From assembly GCA_035545435.1 (NCBI GenBank), contig DASZYN010000728.1, positions 1-50,865 of the forward strand: DNA of 50,865 bases, read 5' to 3'. The translations under genes were made by a program, and so were the position numbers. The DNA comes from Acidobacteriaceae bacterium. GTDB taxonomy: Bacteria > Acidobacteriota > Terriglobia > Terriglobales > Acidobacteriaceae. Shown one piece after another: positions 1-9,288 of the stretch (its first letter is position 1; every line of letters begins with the position of its first letter). Under the pieces are notes generated by a model that saw nothing but the letters and a program-made list of their open reading frames with translations, did no database searches and had not been told where the DNA came from.

Positions 1-2
1 AA

Positions 3-137
3 CTCGAGGCGGCCATCCGCGCTTACGTCGACATCAACAACGAAAAGCCGCGCCCCTTCGTCTGGACGAAGACCGCCGACGAGATCCTCGACAGCATTAA
101 GCGATACTGTCTACTAACTTCTGAGACAGGACACTAG
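3..137 (+). mobile_element. 3' end of an IS630-family transposase ORF, entering from the left window edge
   Basis: Frame 3 reads LEAAIRAYVDINNEKPRPFVWTKTADEILDSIKRYCLLTSETGH*. This is the conserved C-terminal 'PFxWTKtADeIL' tail of IS630-type DDE transposases. Stop TAG at 135-137. Confidence 0.75.
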
Positions 138-322
138 CGGCCGAAGGGAACAGATACCGCCGCGGGACGCCTCGGCTTCGGCGTGAGCCACTGGAGGGCG
201 TCAAGCGCGCATACAGCGGACCGGGAAGCATTCGTCAGGCGACGTGCCGTTCATGCGCTCAACGAAGCCGTTGGTGCGCGGCACCGTGCATCCTCACCAG
301 CAGATGACCTTCGATTTTGACG

Positions 323-1225
323 TCACGGCGCGCAGGTGCCATTGCGGCAGGACAGGGTCCCACAGCAGTCGGCACCGTCGGTGCGGGTGCAGGGTGCACC
401 GGCAGAACCGCAGCAGACCTTGCCGAGCGAGGTGGTGCCGCAGGTGAGTCCCAGGCAGCAGTCGCCACCCTGGCAGGGTCGCGTGGCGGGTAGGCAGCAG
501 CCGCCGTTGATGCATTCCAGCTCGCCACAACAGTCGGTGCCGTTCGCCAGCGTGCAGCGGGCGCCATAGGCGCCGCAGCAGACTTTGCCGAGCGAGTTGC
601 TGCTGCAGGTGAGCCCGCTGCAGCAGGTCGACGACGCCGTGCAGACGCGCGTGGCGGGCAGGCAGGCGGGGGCGCTGGTGTCGACTGGATGGCTGTCGGC
701 GTGCGCGTCGGCGGTCCGCTTGGCGTCCGTCGTGCTCTTGGCGTCCGTGGGGCCGCTGCCGTCGCGCGCGTCGTGGGTGGCGGCGGCGTCGAGCCGGCGC
801 TGGTCCGCGGCTCCGTCGCCAACCGACCGACAGATCGCGCCACCGTCGGGCCTGGTGCCCGTCGCGGGCGCGAGCACCAGCGGCACCGCTGGCGAGACGC
901 GACCGAGCGCAACGTCGACGATGGCGGTCCCCTGCCCCACCACGCAACCACTGGCCGTGAGCGCTTCCGCCTGCACCTGTGTCGCGCCCGCTGGGCCGGG
1001 CAAGTAGTAGCCGAAGTGCAGCGGGCGCAGCGGATCGTAGGGGACCTCGTGCGACGGGACCGACGGGCGCTCGGGCACCGAGAAGCGCACGGCCGCCGGG
1101 GAGGCCAAGCCGGCGGCAAGCGACACATCCAGAATCACGAGCCCCTCGTCCGTGCGAACGGAGGTGCAGGCCGACGCCAGAAGCGCGAGGAAACAGCCGA
1201 CGAGAGCACTCGCCGATGTGATCAT
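323..1225 (-). CDS. Lipoprotein with four tandem cystine-knot-like (6-Cys) modules at the C terminus
   Basis: ATG at 1225 gives MITSASALVGCFLALLASAC (lipobox LASAC). The C-terminal ~110 aa carry 24 Cys in four units spaced C-x6-C-x4/7-CC-x4-C-x4/8-C. The start overlaps the upstream stop (ATGA at 1222-1225). Confidence 0.75.
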   Translation of the reverse strand: MITSASALVGCFLALLASACTSVRTDEGLVILDVSLAAGLASPAAVRFSVPERPSVPSHEVPYDPLRPLHFGYYLPGPAGATQVQAEALTASGCVVGQGTAIVDVALGRVSPAVPLVLAPATGTRPDGGAICRSVGDGAADQRRLDAAATHDARDGSGPTDAKSTTDAKRTADAHADSHPVDTSAPACLPATRVCTASSTCCSGLTCSSNSLGKVCCGAYGARCTLANGTDCCGELECINGGCCLPATRPCQGGDCCLGLTCGTTSLGKVCCGSAGAPCTRTDGADCCGTLSCRNGTCAP

Positions 1226-1812
1226 GGCGGGCACACCGCACCGTCGGGACACGGGAGCCGGCTGTTGCCATGGCTCGCCAGCGCCGCCGCCGTGACGACG
1301 CCGCCCACCACGACCGCGCCGACGGCAGTCCAGAACCACCACCGATGCGTGACGGGTGTAGCGCGCGACGGCGGCGCCTCGACCAGCACCGCCGACGCCG
1401 GCGACGTCACGCGGCCACCTGTCTCAGACTGCGCCGATTCGGGCGGAAGCGGAGCCAGCATCTGCACCCGCGCGCGCTGGAGCGCCTGCATGTCGGCGAT
1501 GTACCCCTCGACCTCCGACCGCTCGGCGGCGGGCAGGTCGTGCGCGTCGTGCAGGTAGGTCTGGAAGTACGCGATCGCCTGCTCAGGCTGGCGCAGCATC
1601 TGATGGCAGCGGCCGGCGTTGCGCAAGTAAGTGGGGTGATGCGTCCGCGCGTACAGATCGGTGTAGATCGCCAGTGCGTCCGCGTATCGCTGTTGCTGGA
1701 ACAGATCGCGGGCACGCAGATCGGCGGGCGCCGCGGGGGCGGCGGAAGGCGAGGCCCCGACCGCGAACGCCATCACGACGAGAGTCACCCCGGCGATCAA
1801 CCGCCGCCTCAT
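1222..1812 (-). CDS. Secreted, C-terminally membrane-anchored TPR-like protein
   Basis: ATG at 1812 gives MRRRLIAGVTLVVMAFAVGASPSAA (signal-like). A single TPR-like helical region follows (YADALAIYTDLY...AIAYFQTYL), then a C-terminal TM (WWFWTAVGAVVVGGVVTAAAL). ATGA overlaps with both neighbouring genes. Confidence 0.65.
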   Translation of the reverse strand: MRRRLIAGVTLVVMAFAVGASPSAAPAAPADLRARDLFQQQRYADALAIYTDLYARTHHPTYLRNAGRCHQMLRQPEQAIAYFQTYLHDAHDLPAAERSEVEGYIADMQALQRARVQMLAPLPPESAQSETGGRVTSPASAVLVEAPPSRATPVTHRWWFWTAVGAVVVGGVVTAAALASHGNSRLPCPDGAVCPP

Positions 1813-3311
1813 ATCTTCAACGGCTCCGGCTTCAGGTGCTTCTTGTGACCCGGAGTGGGGGCCGGCCGCCGGCGGAGCGGCGTCTCCACGCCCCCTGACG
1901 GCGCCACGGCGGCCGCCGGCGCGGCCAGGCTCTCCAGGTGGAGGCGCGCCGTGATCCCGCGATCGAGCGGCACCACCACCCGCTCGCTGCGGTAGCCTTC
2001 CTTCTGCACGTCCAGCGGCTCGACCCCGGTGGCGCCTGGCCACGAGAGTTGGAGGGGCGTCGTGCCCAACCGCTGGCCGTCACGGACGCGGACCACGGAC
2101 GCCCCAACCGGCTCTGTGACGATCTCGACCGTGATGGGCAGCGGGTCGGGCGGGGCTGTGACGGGCGCAGAGACCGTCGCCGAGGATGTGACGGGGAGAC
2201 CCCGCCGTGGCGCGCGCAGCGCCACACCGACCGCCAGCACGGCCAACAGCGTGGCCGCGGCCGCCGCGGCCACCACCCAGTGGGAACGCCCGCCCGCCGC
2301 CGGGCGCCCCTCCACCTCGGAGGCGGTTTCGGACAGCGTGGTGCTGCGCTGGCGCGGTCGCGACTCCGGCATCACCGCGGTGGCGAAGGGCGCCACCGCC
2401 GCGACCGGCGTCGAAATTTCTCGGCCCCCCTCCGACATGACGAGCGTGCGCACCGGCGCCCCCGGCCCGATCGCACGCAGCGCCGCCCGGAGATCGTCCA
2501 CCGATGCAAACCGCGCGGCGGGGTCCTTCGCCAGCGCCTGCAAGACGATCGCCTCCAGAAGCACCGGCACGTCCACGCCACACGCGCGCAGCGGCGGCGG
2601 CGCCACACCGATGTGCAAGTGAACCAGCTCACCCCACGAGGTGGAGGCGAACGGCGGTGCTCCGGCCAGCATCTCGTGCAGCACCACCCCCAGCGAGTAG
2701 ATGTCCGCGCGGTGGTCGACGTCGCGCGCATCGCGGCACTGCTCGGGTGACATGTACTGCGGCGTCCCCATCACGATTCCGGTCCGCGTGCGCAGGTCGC
2801 CGGCACCGTCCGGCGGTTGCTGCAACTTAGCGACGCCAAAATCCAGGACCTTGACGGCGGTGCGATCCGGCCGCTCTGGATCCAGGGTCAGGAACAGATT
2901 GTCGGGTTTGAGGTCGCGGTGGACAATCCCCTTGCGATGGGCGGCTCCCACCGCGTCCGCCACCTGATCGGCGATGTCCACGGATTCGGCAATCGGCAGC
3001 CGGCCCGCGCGGCGCAGCCGCCCCGCCAGGCTTTCACCCGGCAGCAACTCCATCACGATGTACGGCGCGCCAGACGCCAGGGTCCCGAAATCCAGCACTT
3101 CGACGATGCCCCGGTGGCCGACGGCGTTCGCGGCATGGGCCTCGTTGAAGAAGCGCTGGACGATCTCTGGATCGGCAGCCAGCTGGGCGTGCAAAACCTT
3201 GATCGCGGCCCTCCGCCCGAGGCCCGGGTGCTCGGCCAGGTAGACGGTCCCCATCCCGCCGCCACCCAGCAGCCCGGTGATCCGGAAGTTCCCAACGCGC
3301 TCACCAATCAT
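1809..3311 (-). CDS. Hanks-type Ser/Thr protein kinase with TM segment and C-terminal PEGA domain
   Basis: GGGGMGTVYLAEH...AIKVL, HRDLKPDNLF, DFG and GTPQYMSPE motifs; TM HWVVAAAAAATLLAVLAVGVAL. The C terminus (ITVEIVTEPVGASVVRV...QKEGYRSERVVV) resembles PEGA. The ATG at 3311 sits just before the kinase domain; the longer ORF to 3797 is Arg-rich junk. Confidence 0.9.
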   Translation of the reverse strand: MIGERVGNFRITGLLGGGGMGTVYLAEHPGLGRRAAIKVLHAQLAADPEIVQRFFNEAHAANAVGHRGIVEVLDFGTLASGAPYIVMELLPGESLAGRLRRAGRLPIAESVDIADQVADAVGAAHRKGIVHRDLKPDNLFLTLDPERPDRTAVKVLDFGVAKLQQPPDGAGDLRTRTGIVMGTPQYMSPEQCRDARDVDHRADIYSLGVVLHEMLAGAPPFASTSWGELVHLHIGVAPPPLRACGVDVPVLLEAIVLQALAKDPAARFASVDDLRAALRAIGPGAPVRTLVMSEGGREISTPVAAVAPFATAVMPESRPRQRSTTLSETASEVEGRPAAGGRSHWVVAAAAAATLLAVLAVGVALRAPRRGLPVTSSATVSAPVTAPPDPLPITVEIVTEPVGASVVRVRDGQRLGTTPLQLSWPGATGVEPLDVQKEGYRSERVVVPLDRGITARLHLESLAAPAAAVAPSGGVETPLRRRPAPTPGHKKHLKPEPLKI

Positions 3312-3744
3312 CGCGATCCGATCGACCCGCCAGCCTAGCCGACGACCTCGGGGAGCGAAACGGATTTTCGGCCGCCCTCCTGCGAACACTCTGCTTGAAG
3401 GTGCTCTGGTGGGCGAGCTGCTGCAGTCCACCTCCGCACCCCCGCAGCGGTCGCCCGGGGCATCGTGTCGGCCCCAGAAGCACGTCTCGGCCGACACGAC
3501 GGACAGACATCCGCGCCAACTGCCGAGGGCGCCACTGTTCCAGAAGGGACCTGGTGGAGGATTGAGTGAAGGCGCGCCGGCGACAGTACCAGGCTGGTCT
3601 TGGCGTCCGGTTCGCACGGCGTGAGTCATTATTGAACACAGACCAGTGCGCCAAAACGTGGTGGTCGCCAAGGCCCGCCGCGCCACCAAGCCGCGTACTG
3701 AGCGTCGTGGGTCGCAGTTGCGCGAGACGGACCTCGCGCGCAAG

Positions 3745-4314
3745 ATGCCGGCCATGAACACCCGCGTGCTGTTTCTCGTGGTTGTCCTCATGCTCACGTT
3801 TGTGCCTGCTTCCTTTGCTCAGGCACCTGCGGTCGCACCGACCACACCTGCCACGGTCATCTGCAAGGACGGGACGAGTTCCAAGGGGGGGCGCGGCGCT
3901 TGCTCTGGACACGGCGGGATCGATCACGGGGCCCCGTCCTCTATCGGACACACACCCTCGGCCGGCGCCGATCCGAAGGCAGGTCCGGCAGAGTCGGCCG
4001 GTGCGGGCGATGTTCACTGTAAGGACGGAACAGCGTCGAAAGGCGGGCGCGGCGCCTGTTCTGGACACGGTGGCATCGACCACGGGGCCGCGGCTTCGGT
4101 GCCCTCGTCTCGCCCATCGCCGACTCCGCCGCCACTTTCGATCCCCACGGCTGGACCATCGAGGAACGCGCCGTCGCGCCCCACGACTCCTGCGAACGAC
4201 AACGGAACACCGACGGCCACGTGCAAGGACGGCACGACGTCCTTCGCAAAACACCATCAAGGTGCCTGCTCGCACCACGGTGGTGTCGCTCAGTGGCTCG
4301 ACGGCACGAACTAG
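3745..4314 (+). CDS. Secreted protein with three DUF3761-like repeats
   Basis: Signal peptide MPAMNTRVLFLVVVLMLTFVPASFAQA. Three copies of CKDGT-x-S-x5-6-GACS-x-HGG(I/V), the DUF3761 signature, separated by Pro/Ser-rich linkers. Confidence 0.75.
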   Translation: MPAMNTRVLFLVVVLMLTFVPASFAQAPAVAPTTPATVICKDGTSSKGGRGACSGHGGIDHGAPSSIGHTPSAGADPKAGPAESAGAGDVHCKDGTASKGGRGACSGHGGIDHGAAASVPSSRPSPTPPPLSIPTAGPSRNAPSRPTTPANDNGTPTATCKDGTTSFAKHHQGACSHHGGVAQWLDGTN

Positions 4315-4366
4315 TCCTTCGGCCCACCCGTGACGATCAGACTTGCACCGCAGATCGAGAAGCCGG

Positions 4367-5110
4367 TCAGCTGCCCAAGAGGCGTAAGATCTCCCGCTGC
4401 TGAGCGCGGGCCTCGGCGGAGCCGCTTCCGCCCCGTCCGCTGGTGACGACGGCCAGGTCCCGCGGCCTCGATCCATGCTTGTTCTGGCGTTCGGCGTCGG
4501 CACCCCCATCGAGCAAAGCGCGCACGGCGGCAGCGCAGCGGTTACGGACCGACCGTAAGAGCGGCGTGGTGCCACCTGCGTCGGCGACGTTCGGATCCGC
4601 GTCGGGCTCTAACAGAAGGGTCACGGTCTCGGCCTGAGCCTCTGGCCGCCATCCTGGCGCGCCGGGACCTCCGTCGACGGCGTACTGCAACGGCACGGCC
4701 TGACGCCGGTTGGCGGCGCCTACAGCGGCGCCGAGGCGGAGTAACTCGCGGACGATCTTTGCCCCGTCGCTGGCGGCCGCCACGTGGAGCGCCGTGTCGC
4801 CAGCGTAAACGTAATGATCAATCGCCGTCAGAAGGTACTGCCGAGTGGTCTGCCGGGTCGCGCCGACCGGCAGCGCGGACTTCGCCAACTCGGGATGCGC
4901 TTTCGAGAGACGCGAGACCACGCCGCCCTCACCATCGGCGATGGCCCGCATCAACACCAAAAGCAGGCTCGTCTTTCGCCGACACCGCCGCCCGATCCCC
5001 CTGGCGAGTGGCACGTTCCATCTGGTCCGGTTCCCGTGCCCCACTCGGCCTGGGCCTGAGCCCTCCGCCCAAGGGCGCGTAGGCCTGCAACCGCGAGGAC
5101 TGACCCGCAT
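4367..5110 (-). CDS. Ankyrin-repeat protein (start codon uncertain)
   Basis: Ankyrin repeats: GDTALHVAAASDGAKIVRELLRLGAAV and GTTPLLRSVRNRCAAAVRALLDGGADAERQNKHGSRPRDLA. The stop is firm. The true start may be internal (for example ATG at 4951), because the first ~50 aa of the maximal ORF are Arg/Gly-rich. Confidence 0.7.
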   Translation of the reverse strand: MRVSPRGCRPTRPWAEGSGPGRVGHGNRTRWNVPLARGIGRRCRRKTSLLLVLMRAIADGEGGVVSRLSKAHPELAKSALPVGATRQTTRQYLLTAIDHYVYAGDTALHVAAASDGAKIVRELLRLGAAVGAANRRQAVPLQYAVDGGPGAPGWRPEAQAETVTLLLEPDADPNVADAGGTTPLLRSVRNRCAAAVRALLDGGADAERQNKHGSRPRDLAVVTSGRGGSGSAEARAQQREILRLLGS

Positions 5111-5401
5111 CGTTCGTGGGCTCCGGCTGCGGTGAACGCCGCGACGTCGTCGTGTGTACGGTCACCGTCCGTGCGTCTCCGGACGGCTGGCCTGCCCGGG
5201 TGTCCCGCTCGACTCTAAGCGCGGCTCGGCGCGCCTTTCGCGGAGAAGCCGCGGCGCGCGCCCAAGTTGTTGGTGGCATCCAGAATTCGGGGTGGGTTTT
5301 TGCACTCGTACATGGCACGGGTTCGCGGCCTACTCGCGCGTAAGCTGCCTCTTCGCGGCGGTTCTGTGGCAAGCGCGAATTGGTCGTTTCGCGATACGAC
5401 G

Positions 5402-8400
5402 TCAGTCCGCGCCGGCGAGCGTTCCCGTGGACGTTCTTGGGCCCGCGGTCGTTCCCGGACCAGGGGACCGCTCTGCCAGCGCGTCGAATCCGGGTGCCAT
5501 GACGTCGATCATTCTGGACGGATCTGCGACCGCCTCGTCCCGAAAGGCGACATAGGCACCTTCGCGCAACAGCGCCCCCTCGTCGCCGGCTAGGAGAGCG
5601 CCGAGACGCGCCCTCGACGCCGCCGCGAAGAGCCGCATCCCCTGTTCTTCAAAGCCGCTGATTGCTTTCCGAAGAAGTGAGCCCGCTTCTTCATGGGCAC
5701 CATCGGCGTGCTCAATCGCCGCAGTCAGCGAACATGCCAGCGGACCGGCACGGTGGACGTTTTCTCGGGCCAGACGCCTGGCCAACTTTCGAGCGAGTGT
5801 ACGCAAGTCTCGAGCTTGCGAAAATTGTCGACGTCGTTGGGCCTCCACCGAGGCGGTGAGCGTCAGGGCACCGCGAAGGTGGTGACCCTGAACGCGCAGA
5901 ATGGCGATCCGGTGAAGCTGCGCCTTCATCGTCTCTGACCAACCGCGCTCGATGCGCCGATGAGCAGCGAGACCATCGCCCGCGTAGAGGTCGGTGAATA
6001 CCTCCCCGAGGAGAAGGTTGAAGTGCGAGAGTTGAAAGGAGCCCACGTCCCACTCCGCACGAGCTCGCTCAAGGTGAGCCCGCGCGGCATCCACACTGTC
6101 GCCAGCCAACCACGCCAGCGTGCTGTACCCGGCTCTAAAGCACATCGTCCCGTAGAGATTTCCGTTATGCTCGGCTTCCGCCAGCAGCGGCGGGATGAAT
6201 TCACAAAGGCGCCGGATTTTGCCCAGGAAGAACAGGCACGCCACGAGAAATCTCTGTGCGGTCACCATCTCCCAAACGGCGCCGGCGGATCGACGCGACA
6301 GCAGGTAGATCGCCTCCTCCAAGTATTTCTGAGCTTCCGGCAGGTGACTTTGCAGGTATGCCGCGATCCCGCAGGTAAGGCTTCGCAGGCTGGCCGCGGA
6401 ATCGTCGGACGTCTTCTCAGCGAGCTCGTCCGCGATTTTCAGGAGCCGCTCCGTTCGTCGTTTAGACCCAGGACCGGGGGTGGCGGCAAACGCGACTTCG
6501 AGGGTAAGTGCGCGTAGCAGGCGCTTTGGCTCGCCGGCCTTGAGCGCTGTCAGAAGGTGCTTGCTTTGAAATTCTGCTCCTCGGAGAAAGTCTAGAGATC
6601 CGAGTGAGCAGGCAATCGTCCAGGACGCGTCGAGGCGGGCGAGTTCGATCCGACGAACAGTTTCCTCCCGCCGAACCATGTGACGGAGACCGCGAGCCCG
6701 AAGCCGCAACCTGCCGATGGCTAGGGCGGCGAGGGCTGCAGGAGCCCGTCGCGCTCGGCTCATGCCGACGGCCGTCAGCACCTCATCGATCGCGCTCATC
6801 CCACGTTCGAAGTGGCCGGCCAAGAGAAGCTGCTCGGCTGCGGCGCGACGAAGCTCAAGTGACTCGTCTGCAGGCGCATGGCTCGCCAAATCGAGAAACA
6901 CCTCCGCGGCGGCCACGCCTCTACCTGCGTGCACCAGCGCCTCCGCTTGTTTGCGCAGGACGATGCGTCGATCGTCGATCGACAGCTGAGCGTGCTCTAG
7001 CGCCTTCTGGTACAGGTCGGCAGCCTTCGCGAAAGCGAGCGAGCGCATGGCTGCATCGGCCGCGGCAAGCCAGTACGAGCCAGCCTTCTCCAGCTCGCCA
7101 GCGGCTTCGAAGTGGGCAGCAAGCTGATTGAGTGCGGTTCCGGGATCTGCCTCGAGCGTGCGCGCCAGGTGAAGGTGAGAGAGACGGCGTTCGCCGTCAG
7201 TGAGCCGCCGGAGAACGATTTCTCGTACGCGGTCGTGATGAGTGTCCACGGCATCGGCGTCGGTCAGGCCATCGCTGCGCAGTAGATGTTTCGATCGCAA
7301 CAAGTCGACGACTTGGTGGGCGTCGGCCAGGCTCACTCCTGTAGCGCGACGAACGAGGCCGCGGGCTACCGGCCCCCCCGCGACCGAGACGACCTGCAGG
7401 AATCGTCGGGCCATGGATGAGAGAGGTTCCATGCGCGCGGCGAGGAGGTCGGTGAGAGTCGACGGAGACGGTCTGTCGAGTTGGTCCCTCAAACCTGCGG
7501 TGTGAGCCAGCTCGGCTATAAAGAGCGGGTGACCGCGCGCCTCGCGGCTGATGCGCCGGGCAACGCCGACGCGATCAACCGACGGGACGTCAAGCATCGC
7601 CAAAGCGATTTGTTCGCCTGACGCCTCGGACACCGGGCCGAGCGCCACATTTTCGAGAGTGGGCAGAGATGGGGATCCATCTCCGTACAGGGCCTCGACG
7701 AGTGGACCGGGGTTGTTGGCTCCCCCCCGCTCGCTGATGACCAGGAGGAGCGGGCCCGCATCGGTGACGCGCAGCAGAGGGGCGAGCAGAAGTGCGCTCT
7801 CCCGATCGCTCCACTGAGCGTCGTCGAGGCAGATGACGAGTGGCGCACGGCGCCGGAGTCGCGCGATGAGCTCCACGAAGGCGGCCACAGCCAACTGGCG
7901 TCGGATACCGCGATCGGCAACCAGCTGAGGATGCTTAAGGCGCGCCACCGCGGGTACTGCTCCCAAAGCCGGGAACACGACCGTGAGATCCCCGATCGAA
8001 GGCGGTAGAAGCTGGACAACCTCTTGCTCCGGGAGACTTTCGAACAAGCGGATCAGGCAATCCACCAGGCCGTCGACCGCCTTGAACGCGATCGACTCGC
8101 GCTCGCGACAGCGGCCACGGAGCACAAGGGCCCCCTGCCCGCGGGCGATCTCTGCAAATCGCTGAAGAAGGACGGATTTCCCGATGCCGGAGGTCCCGGT
8201 AACGCGAACGACTGCGGGAACTCCCGCTCGGGTACGGGCCAGCGCGCTTTGTAAGGCCGCGAGCTCATCCTCCCGGCCGATGAGGCCCGTTTTAAGCTCG
8301 TTCGTGCTACGGCGTCCTCGCTCCCGCCGTTCGTGGCCGAGCGCCTGAAGCACTTCTGTGCCGCTCGGGCGGTCGTTGGGATCTAGGGCCAACAGACGAC

Positions 8401-9163
8401 CGCACAGTTCCCCCAGCCCGTCGGGTGCATCCATCGGGGCCCCGGGAGTTCTTCGCGCGACCGGCAGTTGTCCCGTCAGCGCCTCGTGAAGGACGACGCC
8501 GAAGCTATACCAGTCGGCGGCCTCTGTCGGCGCCTCGCCGAGGGCTTGCTCGGGCGCCATGTACATGGGCGTGCCGGCGCGGTCGCCCCGCTCACCGAGA
8601 TCCGGGGGTCTGGCGAGTCCGAAGTCGAGCAAAACAACTCGGTTTTCGGCACGGGTTAGGAGGAAGTTGGAGGGCTTGAGATCGCGATGAATCATCGACG
8701 TGGCGTGTAGGGCGTTGAGGGCCACCGCGAGTTGACGAAAGATCTCCCGGAGGAATCCCGGCGCGCGCCGCCGGGATGGTTCTCGGCCCAGGAGCACTGG
8801 CAGCATCACGCCGTCGACCAGGTCCATCGTGAAGAACCACAGGTCGCGATCCGAGAACAGTTCGTGCAACCGCACCAGGTTCTCGTGGACGATGGCCTCC
8901 GCGACCCGGAACTCGTGTTTGATCTGGGCGATCGACTCGGCGCTCAGCCATCCCAGCACCTTGGCTGCCACCCGGGTTTGCCGCTCCGGATCGAACACGG
9001 CGAAAACCTGGCCCATGCCTCCCGCTCCGAGCTTCCTCTCGACGATGAAGCGATCTCCCAACGTGGCCCCCGGCTCGATGACCCGCCGCGCCGCCAACGC
9101 CCTCGGCGTCTCAGCGACCCTTCGGAGCAATCTTTCGAAGGCCTCGTCCCTCGAGTCTGGCAT
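5402..9163 (-). CDS. Large Ser/Thr kinase - AAA/STAND-like P-loop ATPase - TPR/helical repeat protein
   Basis: N-terminal kinase (GAGGMGQVFAV, HRDLKPSNFLL, DFG, GTPMYMAPE). Walker A VTGTSGIGKSVLLQRF and Walker-B-like LVICLDDAQWSD. About 700 aa of helical/TPR-like repeats follow. ATG at 9163 is preceded by GGGGGCGAG; a GTG at 9166 is also possible. Confidence 0.9.
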   Translation of the reverse strand: MPDSRDEAFERLLRRVAETPRALAARRVIEPGATLGDRFIVERKLGAGGMGQVFAVFDPERQTRVAAKVLGWLSAESIAQIKHEFRVAEAIVHENLVRLHELFSDRDLWFFTMDLVDGVMLPVLLGREPSRRRAPGFLREIFRQLAVALNALHATSMIHRDLKPSNFLLTRAENRVVLLDFGLARPPDLGERGDRAGTPMYMAPEQALGEAPTEAADWYSFGVVLHEALTGQLPVARRTPGAPMDAPDGLGELCGRLLALDPNDRPSGTEVLQALGHERRERGRRSTNELKTGLIGREDELAALQSALARTRAGVPAVVRVTGTSGIGKSVLLQRFAEIARGQGALVLRGRCRERESIAFKAVDGLVDCLIRLFESLPEQEVVQLLPPSIGDLTVVFPALGAVPAVARLKHPQLVADRGIRRQLAVAAFVELIARLRRRAPLVICLDDAQWSDRESALLLAPLLRVTDAGPLLLVISERGGANNPGPLVEALYGDGSPSLPTLENVALGPVSEASGEQIALAMLDVPSVDRVGVARRISREARGHPLFIAELAHTAGLRDQLDRPSPSTLTDLLAARMEPLSSMARRFLQVVSVAGGPVARGLVRRATGVSLADAHQVVDLLRSKHLLRSDGLTDADAVDTHHDRVREIVLRRLTDGERRLSHLHLARTLEADPGTALNQLAAHFEAAGELEKAGSYWLAAADAAMRSLAFAKAADLYQKALEHAQLSIDDRRIVLRKQAEALVHAGRGVAAAEVFLDLASHAPADESLELRRAAAEQLLLAGHFERGMSAIDEVLTAVGMSRARRAPAALAALAIGRLRLRARGLRHMVRREETVRRIELARLDASWTIACSLGSLDFLRGAEFQSKHLLTALKAGEPKRLLRALTLEVAFAATPGPGSKRRTERLLKIADELAEKTSDDSAASLRSLTCGIAAYLQSHLPEAQKYLEEAIYLLSRRSAGAVWEMVTAQRFLVACLFFLGKIRRLCEFIPPLLAEAEHNGNLYGTMCFRAGYSTLAWLAGDSVDAARAHLERARAEWDVGSFQLSHFNLLLGEVFTDLYAGDGLAAHRRIERGWSETMKAQLHRIAILRVQGHHLRGALTLTASVEAQRRRQFSQARDLRTLARKLARRLARENVHRAGPLACSLTAAIEHADGAHEEAGSLLRKAISGFEEQGMRLFAAASRARLGALLAGDEGALLREGAYVAFRDEAVADPSRMIDVMAPGFDALAERSPGPGTTAGPRTSTGTLAGAD

Positions 9164-9288
9164 CACCTCGCCCCCAACCGAGTTGAACGATACACGATTC
9201 GTGGCCGCGAACGTAGGCTGGATGAAAAGCGATTTGTTCGTTCACATTTCGCGGCTCACGTCTCAAGAATACGCAAAGGGGGGCTGCC

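Noticed and set aside
259-1558. Long overlapping ORFs 259..1128(-), 294..1271(-), 585..1007(+), 689..1558(+)
   Set aside because: Arg/Pro/Ala-rich translations with no motifs. They are alternative-frame or antisense shadows of the lipoprotein and TPR-like genes, as expected in G+C-rich DNA.
3301-4575. 424-aa minus-strand ORF
   Set aside because: It runs antisense through the DUF3761 gene and the kinase upstream region. The product is a low-complexity Arg-rich sequence with no recognisable domain.
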